64,000 nucleotides of DNA. It comes from an uncultured Dehalococcoidales bacterium. GTDB lineage: Bacteria; Chloroflexota; Dehalococcoidia; GIF9; UBA5629. This document shows positions 1 through 7,494 of the stretch, one piece after another. A program made the translations under genes and the position numbers. The notes under the pieces were generated by a model that did no database searches, was not told the origin of the DNA, and was given only the letters and a program-made list of their open reading frames with translations. Positions within the stretch are counted from its first letter, which is position 1, and each line of letters starts with the position of its first letter. Where the stretch lies: NCBI GenBank assembly GCA_964605885.1, contig CAZSED010000004.1, forward strand, positions 50,618 to 114,617, given 5' to 3'.

Positions 1-104
1 TGGTCATCAGGGACAACCTCTTTGCCACCCAGTTCCATCCCGAGAAAAGCGGCGAGCTGGGCCTGAGGATGTATTCCAACTTCCTCAAGCTGGCCGGCTC
101 ATAA
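1..104 (+). CDS. hisH: imidazole glycerol phosphate synthase glutaminase subunit HisH, C-terminal fragment (5' end outside window)
   Basis: Frame 3 reads [33 protein letters not shown]-stop (TAA 102-104). FHPEKS is the class-I amidotransferase motif. Lies 20 nt upstream of hisF. Confidence 0.8.
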   Translation, partial: VIRDNLFATQFHPEKSGELGLRMYSNFLKLAGS

Positions 105-124
105 TATATAAGGTATAGAAGATA

Positions 125-892
125 ATGCTGACGAAACGCATCATACCCTGCCTGGATGTGACGGCCGGACGCGTGGTCAAGGGCACCAGCTTCACCGACC
201 TGCGCGACGCCGGTGACCCTGTGGAGCAGGGCGCCTTCTATTACCAGGAGGGCGCCGACGAGCTGGTCTTCCTGGACATAGGCGCTACTCCCGAGGGCAG
301 GGATACGCTGGTCGAGATCGTGTCGAAAGTGGCCAGGCAGGTCTTCGTGCCGCTGTGCGTGGGCGGCGGGCTGCGTTCCATCGGCGATATGCGGCGCATG
401 CTGCAGGCCGGCGCGGACAAGGTCTCCATTAACACGGCCGCGGTACACAAGCCCGACCTGCTGAAACAGGGGGCCGGGATATTCGGTCGGCAGTGCATCG
501 TGCTGGCGGTTGACGCCAGGCGCCGCAGGATTGGCGGCAAGGTCGGCTGGGAGGTATATACACACGGCGGCCGCACACCTACAGGTAAGGACGTGTTGGA
601 ATGGATCAGAAAGGCGGTCGACCTGGGCGCGGGTGAGATATTATTGACCAGCTGGGACGCCGACGGGCACCGCGCCGGCTACGACAACGCTCTTAACAGG
701 GCAGTCAGCGAGATGGTCGACGTCCCTGTAATCGCCAGCGGCGGCGCCGGCACGCTGGAGCACCTTTACCAGGCGCTGGCCGAGGGCAAAGCGGATGCCG
801 TGCTGGCAGCCTCCATCTTCCACTACCGCGAGTATTCCATCAGTGAAGTCAAGGATTATTTGGCCTCAAAAGGCATACCCGTCCGGCGTTAG
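125..892 (+). CDS. hisF: imidazole glycerol phosphate synthase cyclase subunit HisF
   Basis: 255-aa [15 protein letters not shown]..., [17 protein letters not shown] blocks are typical of HisF. Follows hisH. Confidence 0.95.
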   Translation: MLTKRIIPCLDVTAGRVVKGTSFTDLRDAGDPVEQGAFYYQEGADELVFLDIGATPEGRDTLVEIVSKVARQVFVPLCVGGGLRSIGDMRRMLQAGADKVSINTAAVHKPDLLKQGAGIFGRQCIVLAVDARRRRIGGKVGWEVYTHGGRTPTGKDVLEWIRKAVDLGAGEILLTSWDADGHRAGYDNALNRAVSEMVDVPVIASGGAGTLEHLYQALAEGKADAVLAASIFHYREYSISEVKDYLASKGIPVRR

Positions 893-914
893 GCCGGGCA
901 GGAATTGAAGCGAG

Positions 915-1916
915 ATGATAGGACAGGAAACGCGGGACGTAGAGCGCAAGATAACCGCCGTACTCAAGATACTCAGCGAGTCCAACGAGCCGCTGGGCAG
1001 CAGGGTCATATCCAGGATGCTGGAAGAACAGGGCATCCAGTTGGGGGAGAGGGCCGTGCGCTATCACCTGAAAATCATGGACGAGCGCGGCCTGACGCGC
1101 TCCATGGGGCACAAGGACGGGCGCACCATCACACTGCCCGGGCTGGAGGAGCTGAGGAACTCCCTGGTGACAGACAAGATAGGCTTCGTAGGCAGCAAGA
1201 TCGAAGGATTGGCCTATCAGACCAACGTCGGCCTGCGCTTCGCCACCGGCAGGGTGCCGGTGGACGTTTCCATCTTCTCGCGAGACAATTTTCAGAAAGT
1301 GCTGAAGGCCATGAAGAGCGTCTTCCAGAGCGGCCTGTGCTCGTCGGGCATGGTGGTTCTGGCCGGTGAGGGTAACAGGCTGGGCGAGGCGGAGGTCCCG
1401 GCCGGCAAGCTGGGCTTCGCCACCGTCTGCAATGTTACTGTAAACGGCTGCCTGCTGAAATCCGGCATCCCGGCCTACGCCCGCTTCGGCGGCCTGCTGC
1501 AGGTCAGGCAGGGACAGCCCTTCAGGTTTGTCGACCTGGTTGACTTCTCAGGCTCGACCATCGACCCCTCGGATATCTTCATCGCCGGACGTATGACGGA
1601 TGTATCACGCGCATCAACCGCCGGTGAGGGCAAGGTGCTGGCCAGCTATCACGAGATCCCCATGCTTTCGGTGGGCAAGGCCGAGGAACTGCTGCTGCGC
1701 ATGAAGAACAGCGGGCTGATCAACTTCGCCGTGCTTTCCAGGCCGAACGACAAGATCTGCGAGATCCCCTGCTCCGGCGAGAAGGTCGGACTGATCACTT
1801 TGAGCGGCCTCAACCCGGCGGCGGCGGCCGTCGAGGCCGGCGTAGATATAAGCTGCAGGTCCATGGCGGGAATGCTGGACGTGTCCAGGCTCAGGCCTTT
1901 TGAGGAACTGTTGTAA
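915..1916 (+). CDS. NrpR-family (DUF128) nitrogen regulatory repressor homologue, HTH plus one NrpR domain
   Basis: 333-aa ORF. The N-terminal block ILKILSESNEPLGSRVISRMLEEQGIQLGERAVRYHLKIMDERGLT matches, from memory, the winged-helix region of methanogen NrpR. Located just upstream of amt/glnK/glnA. Confidence 0.75.
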   Translation: MIGQETRDVERKITAVLKILSESNEPLGSRVISRMLEEQGIQLGERAVRYHLKIMDERGLTRSMGHKDGRTITLPGLEELRNSLVTDKIGFVGSKIEGLAYQTNVGLRFATGRVPVDVSIFSRDNFQKVLKAMKSVFQSGLCSSGMVVLAGEGNRLGEAEVPAGKLGFATVCNVTVNGCLLKSGIPAYARFGGLLQVRQGQPFRFVDLVDFSGSTIDPSDIFIAGRMTDVSRASTAGEGKVLASYHEIPMLSVGKAEELLLRMKNSGLINFAVLSRPNDKICEIPCSGEKVGLITLSGLNPAAAAVEAGVDISCRSMAGMLDVSRLRPFEELL

Positions 1917-1934
1917 AATCAGGTTGTCGGACGG

Positions 1935-2618
1935 ATGTATAACGTACTGCTGGTAACCAACGAGATGGACAGGGTCAGGGACCTTAGCGCCGGGCTCAGC
2001 CGCCTGGGCTTCTCCTGTACCGCCTGCATCTACGCCGACGATGTCATTGAGCAGGACGCCCGCCAGGCCTTCAACGTGGTGCTGGTGGACCTCTCCGCCA
2101 TTTCTGCACAGGGCGATTCGGCCTGGAAGTGGTTCCGGCGCCTCAAGCTGCGCAGGCCGCTTCCCATAATAGCGCTTATCTCGGCTTCAACCCTGCACGT
2201 CGTCACGGCCGAGCAGGGGCTGGATGATTTCATCATGCGCCCCTGGAATTTGGACGAGCTATCCTCCAGGATACGCAGGGCGGTGGCCAGGGCCGCCAGG
2301 CCGAGCGAAGATACCGTCATCAGGGTGGGCGACCTGACCATAGACACCGTCAGGTGCGAGGTGGAGCTCAGCGGCAGGCTGCTGGCGCTCACCTTCAAGG
2401 AATACGAGCTGCTCAAGCTGCTGGCTACGCATAAGGGAAAGGTTTTCACGCGCGAGAAGCTGCTGAACGAGATATGGGGCTATGACTACTACGGCGGCGA
2501 CAGGACCGTGGACGTCCATGTACGCCGCCTGCGCAGCAAGGTGGAGGACTCGGTCCATTCCTTCATAGAGACGGTCAGGAACATAGGCTATAAATTCAAG
2601 GACGTCCCCAACCCCTGA
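1935..2618 (+). CDS. OmpR/PhoB-family response regulator with degenerate receiver domain (GlnR-like orphan regulator)
   Basis: 227-aa ORF. C-terminal winged helix (RTVDVHVRRLRSKV...IETVRNIGYKF). The receiver keeps the central Asp (VVLVDLS), but the acidic pair is TN (LLVTNE), the T/S position is Ile and the conserved Lys is Arg (DFIMRPW). No histidine kinase is adjacent. Confidence 0.85.
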   Translation: MYNVLLVTNEMDRVRDLSAGLSRLGFSCTACIYADDVIEQDARQAFNVVLVDLSAISAQGDSAWKWFRRLKLRRPLPIIALISASTLHVVTAEQGLDDFIMRPWNLDELSSRIRRAVARAARPSEDTVIRVGDLTIDTVRCEVELSGRLLALTFKEYELLKLLATHKGKVFTREKLLNEIWGYDYYGGDRTVDVHVRRLRSKVEDSVHSFIETVRNIGYKFKDVPNP

Positions 2619-2628
2619 CACTGTTTCC

Positions 2629-2666
2629 GTAACACAATCTTAACATCCCCGTAACAGGCCCGAAAC
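2629..2666 (+). promoter_or_regulatory. Four pentamers at 11-bp phasing: GTAAC-n6-TTAAC-n6-GTAAC-n6-GAAAC (GlnR-box-like operator upstream of amt)
   Basis: Read directly: GTAAC 2629-2633, TTAAC 2640-2644, GTAAC 2651-2655, GAAAC 2662-2666. Lies between the regulator stop (2618) and the amt start (2711). The architecture equals the actinobacterial GlnR box gTnAc-n6-GaAAc x2. Confidence 0.45.
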
Positions 2667-2710
2667 AGGCCTCCTTTACAATCGGCTTATATCCTTAAAG
2701 GAGGTGCAAT

Positions 2711-3934
2711 ATGAACTCGGGCGATACTGCCTGGTTGCTTGCTTCCACCGCGCTGGTCATGCTCATGACTCCCGGGCTGGCCTTTTTCTACGGGGGCATG
2801 GTGCGCAGGAAGAACCTTCTGTCCACCATCATGATGAGCATCGCCATCCTCTGTATGGTGTCGGTCCTGTGGGTGCTCTACGGCTATTCCGTTGCCTTCG
2901 GCCCGGACGTCAGGGGCCTGTTCGGCAATTTATCCTGGTTCGGCTTGAACGGGGTCGGGCAGGAACCGTCTTCCGTCTATGCCACAACCGTCCCGCACCT
3001 GGCCTTCTCGGCCTTTCAGGCCATGTTCGCCATAATCACGGTCGCCCTCTGGACAGGGGCCGTGGTTGAGCGCATCAAGTTCGGCACGCTGCTGGCCTTT
3101 GCTGCGCTGTGGTTCACACTGGTCTACTGCCCTATTGCACACTGGGTATGGGGCAGCGGCGGCTGGCTGGCTCAGCTTGGAGCGCTGGACTTCGCCGGCG
3201 GCACCGTGGTGCACGTCAACGCCGGCATCTCGGCGCTGGCCCTGGCATGGGTGCTGGGCCCGCGGCGCGGCTTCAAAGAGGGAGAGACCATGGAGCCCAA
3301 TAATATTCCCTTCGTGGTGCTGGGCGCAGGCCTGCTGTGGTTCGGCTGGTTCGGCTTCAATGCCGGCAGCGCGCTGACATCCGGAGGCCTGGCCGCCTCG
3401 GCCTTCATGGCCACCAACACGGCGGCGGCCGCCGCCGGCTTCACCTGGCTGGCGCTGGGCTGGATACATCGCCGGCCGTCGGTCATCGGGGCAGCTACGG
3501 GCGCAGTCGTGGGCCTGGTAGCCATCACCCCGGGCGCCGGCTACGTGCAGCCCTGGGCCGGCATACCCATCGGCGTCATCGCCTCGGTCATCTCGTACTA
3601 TGCCATGCTCTGGAGGGCCAGGGCCAGCAGGATCGACGAATCGCTGGACGTCTTCGCCTGCCACGGCCTGGGAGGCACCTGGGGCGCACTGGCCACAGGC
3701 ATCTTCGCCACCAGCGCCGTCAACGCCGCCGGCTCGGGACTGGTGGACGGCAACTGGAAGCAGGTGCTTATCCAGCTGGCCGCCATAGCTACAACCATGG
3801 CCTATGCCTTCGCCGTATCCTGGCTACTGGCCAGGGCGCTTAAGGCCACCATGGGAATCAGGGTCAGGGACGAAGAGGAATCCGTTGGACTGGATATATC
3901 GCAGCACGGTGAAACTGCTTACGGAGGAATATAA
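2711..3934 (+). CDS. amt: ammonium transporter Amt (copy 1)
   Basis: 407-aa ORF with strong RBS AAGGAGGTG. Amt signatures AGGTVVHVNAG and ACHGLGG (twin-His). About 11 TM segments. Confidence 0.95.
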   Translation: MNSGDTAWLLASTALVMLMTPGLAFFYGGMVRRKNLLSTIMMSIAILCMVSVLWVLYGYSVAFGPDVRGLFGNLSWFGLNGVGQEPSSVYATTVPHLAFSAFQAMFAIITVALWTGAVVERIKFGTLLAFAALWFTLVYCPIAHWVWGSGGWLAQLGALDFAGGTVVHVNAGISALALAWVLGPRRGFKEGETMEPNNIPFVVLGAGLLWFGWFGFNAGSALTSGGLAASAFMATNTAAAAAGFTWLALGWIHRRPSVIGAATGAVVGLVAITPGAGYVQPWAGIPIGVIASVISYYAMLWRARASRIDESLDVFACHGLGGTWGALATGIFATSAVNAAGSGLVDGNWKQVLIQLAAIATTMAYAFAVSWLLARALKATMGIRVRDEEESVGLDISQHGETAYGGI

Positions 3935-3936
3935 GA

Positions 3937-4284
3937 ATGAAGAAGATTGAAGCCATCATCAGGCCGGAAAAGCTGGATGCCATCAAGGATGCCCTGGCAG
4001 CCAAAGGTGTTCTTGGCATGACCGTCACCAATGTCAGCGGCCACGGCAGGCAGAAGGGCATCGTCCTGCAGTGGAGGGCCGGTGAATACCGCGTGGACTT
4101 CCTGCCCAAGGTTAAGCTGGAGATTGTGGTAAGCAGCGAAGAGCTGCAGCCCGTCATCGACGTCATCTGCCAGGCCGCCAAGACCGGCAGGGAAGGCGAC
4201 GGCATGATCTTTGTCATGCCGGTGGAGAACGCCTACAGGGTCAGGACCAGCGACGCCGGCGAAGCCTGCGTCAGCGCCAAATAG
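3937..4284 (+). CDS. glnK: nitrogen regulatory protein P-II (GlnK type, amt-linked)
   Basis: 115-aa ORF. MKKIEAIIRPEKL..., T-loop GHGRQKG...RAGEY with Tyr51. Starts 2 nt after the amt stop, with RBS GGAGGA. Confidence 0.95.
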   Translation: MKKIEAIIRPEKLDAIKDALAAKGVLGMTVTNVSGHGRQKGIVLQWRAGEYRVDFLPKVKLEIVVSSEELQPVIDVICQAAKTGREGDGMIFVMPVENAYRVRTSDAGEACVSAK

Positions 4285-4306
4285 ACCCTTTTTCCATCCT
4301 GCAAAT

Positions 4307-4350
4307 CCAGGGGCGCCCTGCTGCACCGGGGCGTCCCCTGGAATTTAATC
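4307..4350 (+). terminator. GC-rich hairpin after glnK (putative intrinsic terminator or attenuator)
   Basis: CCAGGGG(CGCCC) 4307-4318 pairs with (GGGCG)tCCCCTGG 4329-4341 with a 1-nt bulge. Followed by AATTTAATCTGTT, a U-poor tail. Confidence 0.45.
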
Positions 4351-4363
4351 TGTTCGTAACATT
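4343..4363 (+). promoter_or_regulatory. 21-nt conserved box ATTTAATCTGTTCGTAACATT (copy 1, upstream of amt copy 2)
   Basis: Identical at 20/21 positions to 5752-5772 upstream of glnA. Contains TTAAT-n6-GTAAC and the small palindrome TGTT-n3-AACA. Confidence 0.5.
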
Positions 4364-4405
4364 TAAATTCTATATTGGCCTTAATCAACTTCAAGGAGGA
4401 TCAAT

Positions 4406-5635
4406 GTGCAGATTAACTCAGGTGATACGGCATGGTTATTGATCTCCACCGCCCTGGTGATGCTGATGACCCCGGGGCTGGCTTTTTTCTACGGCGGGAT
4501 GGTCAGGAAAAAGAACCTGCTTTCCACCCTAATGATGAGCTTCGTCATGCTGGGGCTGGTTTCAATACTCTGGGCCTTTTACGGCTATAGTCTGAGCTTC
4601 GGCCCGGATTTTAAAGGCATCTTCGGCGGCCTGCAGTGGGCAGGGCTGATGAACGTAGGCATGGAGCCTTCCAGCATTTACGCCACCACCGTGCCACACT
4701 TCCTGTTCATGATGTTCCAGGCCACCTTCGCCATCATCACTGTGGCTTTGATCACCGGCGGGGTTGTTGAGCGCATGCGCTTCAGCGCGCTTCTGATTTT
4801 CTCTGTTATCTGGTTCACTCTGGTCTACTGCCCCATTGCGCACTGGGTATGGGGCAGCGGTGGATGGCTGGCCGGCCTGGGCGTGCTGGACTTCGCAGGC
4901 GGCACAGTAGTGCATATTAACGCCGGCTTCGCCGCACTGGCAGTGGCTCTGGTTCTCGGCCCCAGGAAAGGCTTTGAGGAAAAAGAGGTGATGGAGCCCA
5001 ACAACATACCCTACGTGGTGCTGGGCACCGCACTGCTCTGGTTCGGCTGGTTCGGCTTCAATGCCGGCAGCGCCCTCTCCGCCAGCGGGCTGGCAGCCAG
5101 CGCCTTCACCTCGACAAACTTCGCTGCAGCCTCGGCTGCCATCACCTGGCTGATACTTGCCTGGATCCACCGCCGGCCATCTGTGCTTGGAGTAGCCACG
5201 GGCGCGGTGGTCGGGCTGGCCACTGTGACGCCGGCCTCAGGCTTCATTCATCCCATGTCCGCCATACCTATAGGCATCGTGGCGGCTGCCGCTTCCTACT
5301 ACGTGATGCTGTGGCGCAACCGGTCCAACAGGATAGACGAGTCCCTGGACGTCTTCGCCTGCCACGGCGTGGGCGGTACCATCGGCACACTGGCCGCCGG
5401 TATGCTGGCGACCGCAGCCATCAACGGCAGGTCTGGCCTGATCGACGGCAACGGCATGCAGGTGCTGATACAGCTGCTGGCCGTGGCTGTCACCGCATCC
5501 TTCTCCTTCGGCGCTACCTGGGTGATCGCCAAGGTCATCGACGCCACGCTGGGCCTGCGTGTGAGGAACGAGGAGGAGATGGTGGGGCTGGACATCTCGC
5601 AGCACGGCGAGACCGCCTACGGCGGCCTGGCCTGA
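4406..5635 (+). CDS. amt: ammonium transporter Amt (copy 2, tandem paralogue)
   Basis: 409-aa ORF with GTG start 5 nt after AGGAGGA. Collinear with copy 1 over its full length, with the same signature blocks. Confidence 0.95.
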   Translation: MQINSGDTAWLLISTALVMLMTPGLAFFYGGMVRKKNLLSTLMMSFVMLGLVSILWAFYGYSLSFGPDFKGIFGGLQWAGLMNVGMEPSSIYATTVPHFLFMMFQATFAIITVALITGGVVERMRFSALLIFSVIWFTLVYCPIAHWVWGSGGWLAGLGVLDFAGGTVVHINAGFAALAVALVLGPRKGFEEKEVMEPNNIPYVVLGTALLWFGWFGFNAGSALSASGLAASAFTSTNFAAASAAITWLILAWIHRRPSVLGVATGAVVGLATVTPASGFIHPMSAIPIGIVAAAASYYVMLWRNRSNRIDESLDVFACHGVGGTIGTLAAGMLATAAINGRSGLIDGNGMQVLIQLLAVAVTASFSFGATWVIAKVIDATLGLRVRNEEEMVGLDISQHGETAYGGLA

Positions 5636-5676
5636 GGCGTCCGGCATTTTACCGGAAAATCGCCGAAAACATCCGT

Positions 5677-5715
5677 GGGGACGGCCAAAACAGGGTCTGT
5701 CCCCCCGGAATTTTT
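5677..5715 (+). terminator. weak hairpin plus T-run after amt copy 2
   Basis: GGGGAC 5677-5682 pairs with GTCCCC 5699-5704. The T5 run starts 6 nt later. Weak. Confidence 0.3.
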
Positions 5716-5751
5716 AAAAAATCAGCCCCGATTCTTCAAGAAATTGCCATT

Positions 5752-5772
5752 ATTTAATCTGTTTGTAACATT
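5752..5772 (+). promoter_or_regulatory. 21-nt conserved box ATTTAATCTGTTTGTAACATT (copy 2, upstream of glnA GSI-beta)
   Basis: Matches 4343-4363 at 20/21 positions. Lies 106 nt upstream of the glnA start. Confidence 0.5.
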
Positions 5773-5877
5773 ACCACGTTAAATTGATTCCATGACGAAA
5801 CAGAGGATTTTGGGCGAATTCCCTGCAAAAAACCTCGATTTCCGTCCAAAAATATAAAAAATCAGGAGGGTTACACC

Positions 5878-7335
5878 ATGTCACCAGACAAAATGACCCC
5901 GGAAAAGATTCTCAAAAAGATCAAGGATGAGGACATTAAATTCGTTGACCTCAAGTTTAATGATCTCCCGGGGTTGTGGCAGCACTTCACCATCACATCG
6001 CCGGAGCTCAATGGTTTGGAGGACTCCGATCCGGCCAAGGGCGGAATCTGGGCCGAGGGCATCGGCTTTGACGGCTCCAGCATACGCGGCTTCCAGGCCA
6101 TCCAGGAGAGCGATATGATCCTGCACCTGGACCCTGAGACCGCCATAGTCGACCCGATCTGTGGGCACCCGACGCTGAGCATTATCTGCGACATTTACGA
6201 TCCGCTGACCAAGAAGCCCTACACCAGGGATCCCCGCTATATCACCAAAAAGGCGGCTGAGTACCTGAAATCAACCGGCCTGGCTGATATCAGCTACTGG
6301 GGGCCTGAGATGGAGTTCTTCATCTTCGATGACGTACGCTTCGACCAGGACCAGCGCTGCGGCTTCTATTACATTGATTCCATAGAGGCCGACTGGAACA
6401 CAGGCAAGGACGAGAAGCCTAACCTCGGCTACAAGCCCAGGTACAAGGAAGGCTATTTTCCTGTGCCTCCGCACGATTCATTGCAGGACCTCAGATCGGA
6501 GATAGTCGAGACAATGGCAGCCGCAGGCCTGGATATCGAGGTGCACCATCACGAGGTGGCCACCGCCGGCCAGTGCGAGATCGATATGAAATACAAGGAA
6601 ATGCTGCGCATGGCCGACCAGATGATGTGGTTCAAGTACATCATCAAGAACGTCTGCCGCAAACACAGCCGTGTGGCGACCTTCATGCCCAAGCCCATCT
6701 TCCAGGACAACGGCTCCGGCATGCACGTCCACCAGAGCCTGTTCAAAGAAGGCAAGAACGTATTCTTCGATGCCAAGGGCTACGGCCTCATCAGCCAGAC
6801 CTGCAAATATTATATCGGCGGCCTGCTCAAACATGCCGAGGCACTCTGCGCCATTTGCGCTCCCTCGACCAACTCCTACAAGCGGCTGGTGCCCGGCTTC
6901 GAGGCCCCGGTTAACCTGGTTTACTCGGCGCGCAACCGCAGCGCAGCGGTACGCATACCCATGTACTCAGAGAATCCCAAGGCCAAGAGGATAGAGTTCA
7001 GGCCTCCCGATGCAACCAGTAATGGCTACCTTGCTCTCTCCGCGCTCCTTATGGCCGGACTGGATGGCATCGAGAACAAGATCGATCCGGGCGAGCCGTT
7101 CGACAAGGACACCTACACGCTGACCCCCAAGGAAGCCAGGAAGCTCAAGACCGTGCCGGGCTCGCTGGAACAGGCCATCAACGCCCTGGAAAAGGACCAC
7201 AAGTTCCTGCTCAAGGGCGGCGTCTTCACCCAGGATGTTATCGACGTCTGGATAGACTACAAGCGCAGCAGGGAGATCGACGAGATGCGTTTGAGGCCGC
7301 ACCCGCACGAGTTTTATCTGTACTTCGACATTTAG
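5878..7335 (+). CDS. glnA: glutamine synthetase type I-beta
   Basis: 485-aa ORF with RBS AGGAGGG. Collinear with E. coli GlnA, including the GSI-beta-specific insertion (IDSIEADWNTGKDEKPNLGYKPRYKEGYFPVPP) and a Tyr in the DKDTYTLTPKE segment, equivalent to the NLYDLP adenylylation loop. Confidence 0.95.
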   Translation: MSPDKMTPEKILKKIKDEDIKFVDLKFNDLPGLWQHFTITSPELNGLEDSDPAKGGIWAEGIGFDGSSIRGFQAIQESDMILHLDPETAIVDPICGHPTLSIICDIYDPLTKKPYTRDPRYITKKAAEYLKSTGLADISYWGPEMEFFIFDDVRFDQDQRCGFYYIDSIEADWNTGKDEKPNLGYKPRYKEGYFPVPPHDSLQDLRSEIVETMAAAGLDIEVHHHEVATAGQCEIDMKYKEMLRMADQMMWFKYIIKNVCRKHSRVATFMPKPIFQDNGSGMHVHQSLFKEGKNVFFDAKGYGLISQTCKYYIGGLLKHAEALCAICAPSTNSYKRLVPGFEAPVNLVYSARNRSAAVRIPMYSENPKAKRIEFRPPDATSNGYLALSALLMAGLDGIENKIDPGEPFDKDTYTLTPKEARKLKTVPGSLEQAINALEKDHKFLLKGGVFTQDVIDVWIDYKRSREIDEMRLRPHPHEFYLYFDI

Positions 7336-7360
7336 ACTCATCAGACTCCTCAACGATTAA

Positions 7361-7394
7361 GCGGCGCCGGGTGCGGGCGGCGCCGCCATATTTT
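7361..7394 (+). terminator. intrinsic terminator after glnA (GSI-beta)
   Basis: Perfect 9-bp stem GCGGCGCCG 7361-7369 / CGGCGCCGC 7377-7385, then CATATTTTC. Confidence 0.6.
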
Positions 7395-7494
7395 CGAGCC
7401 CGCCACACGGCCGGGCAGAGGGTAAATCCTCTTTGACTTTGACCCTAATTTATGTTTTGATTAACCCCAATAAGGGGGAAATACAGGAGGGAAT

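Noticed and set aside
5636-5877. Possible glutamine riboswitch or other structured leader upstream of glnA
   Set aside because: I could not find the conserved glnA-motif core or a convincing pseudoknot-forming structure. There is only a weak terminator-like hairpin and the 21-nt box. A covariance-model scan would be needed to exclude it formally.
7419-7466. Possible third copy of the N-box upstream of the GSI-alpha glnA (TTTGAC-TTTGAC, TTTATGTTTTGATTAAC)
   Set aside because: It resembles the 21-nt box only loosely, and the pentamer spacing does not hold. This is too weak to call.
2619-7494. Search for the methanogen NrpR operator GGAA-n6-TTCC in the four nitrogen-gene intergenic regions
   Set aside because: I found no exact or one-mismatch instance by eye. 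The nearest are GGAATTTAATCTGTTC at 4340 and GGAAAATCGCCGAA at 5653. If the NrpR homologue binds here, it must use a different site.
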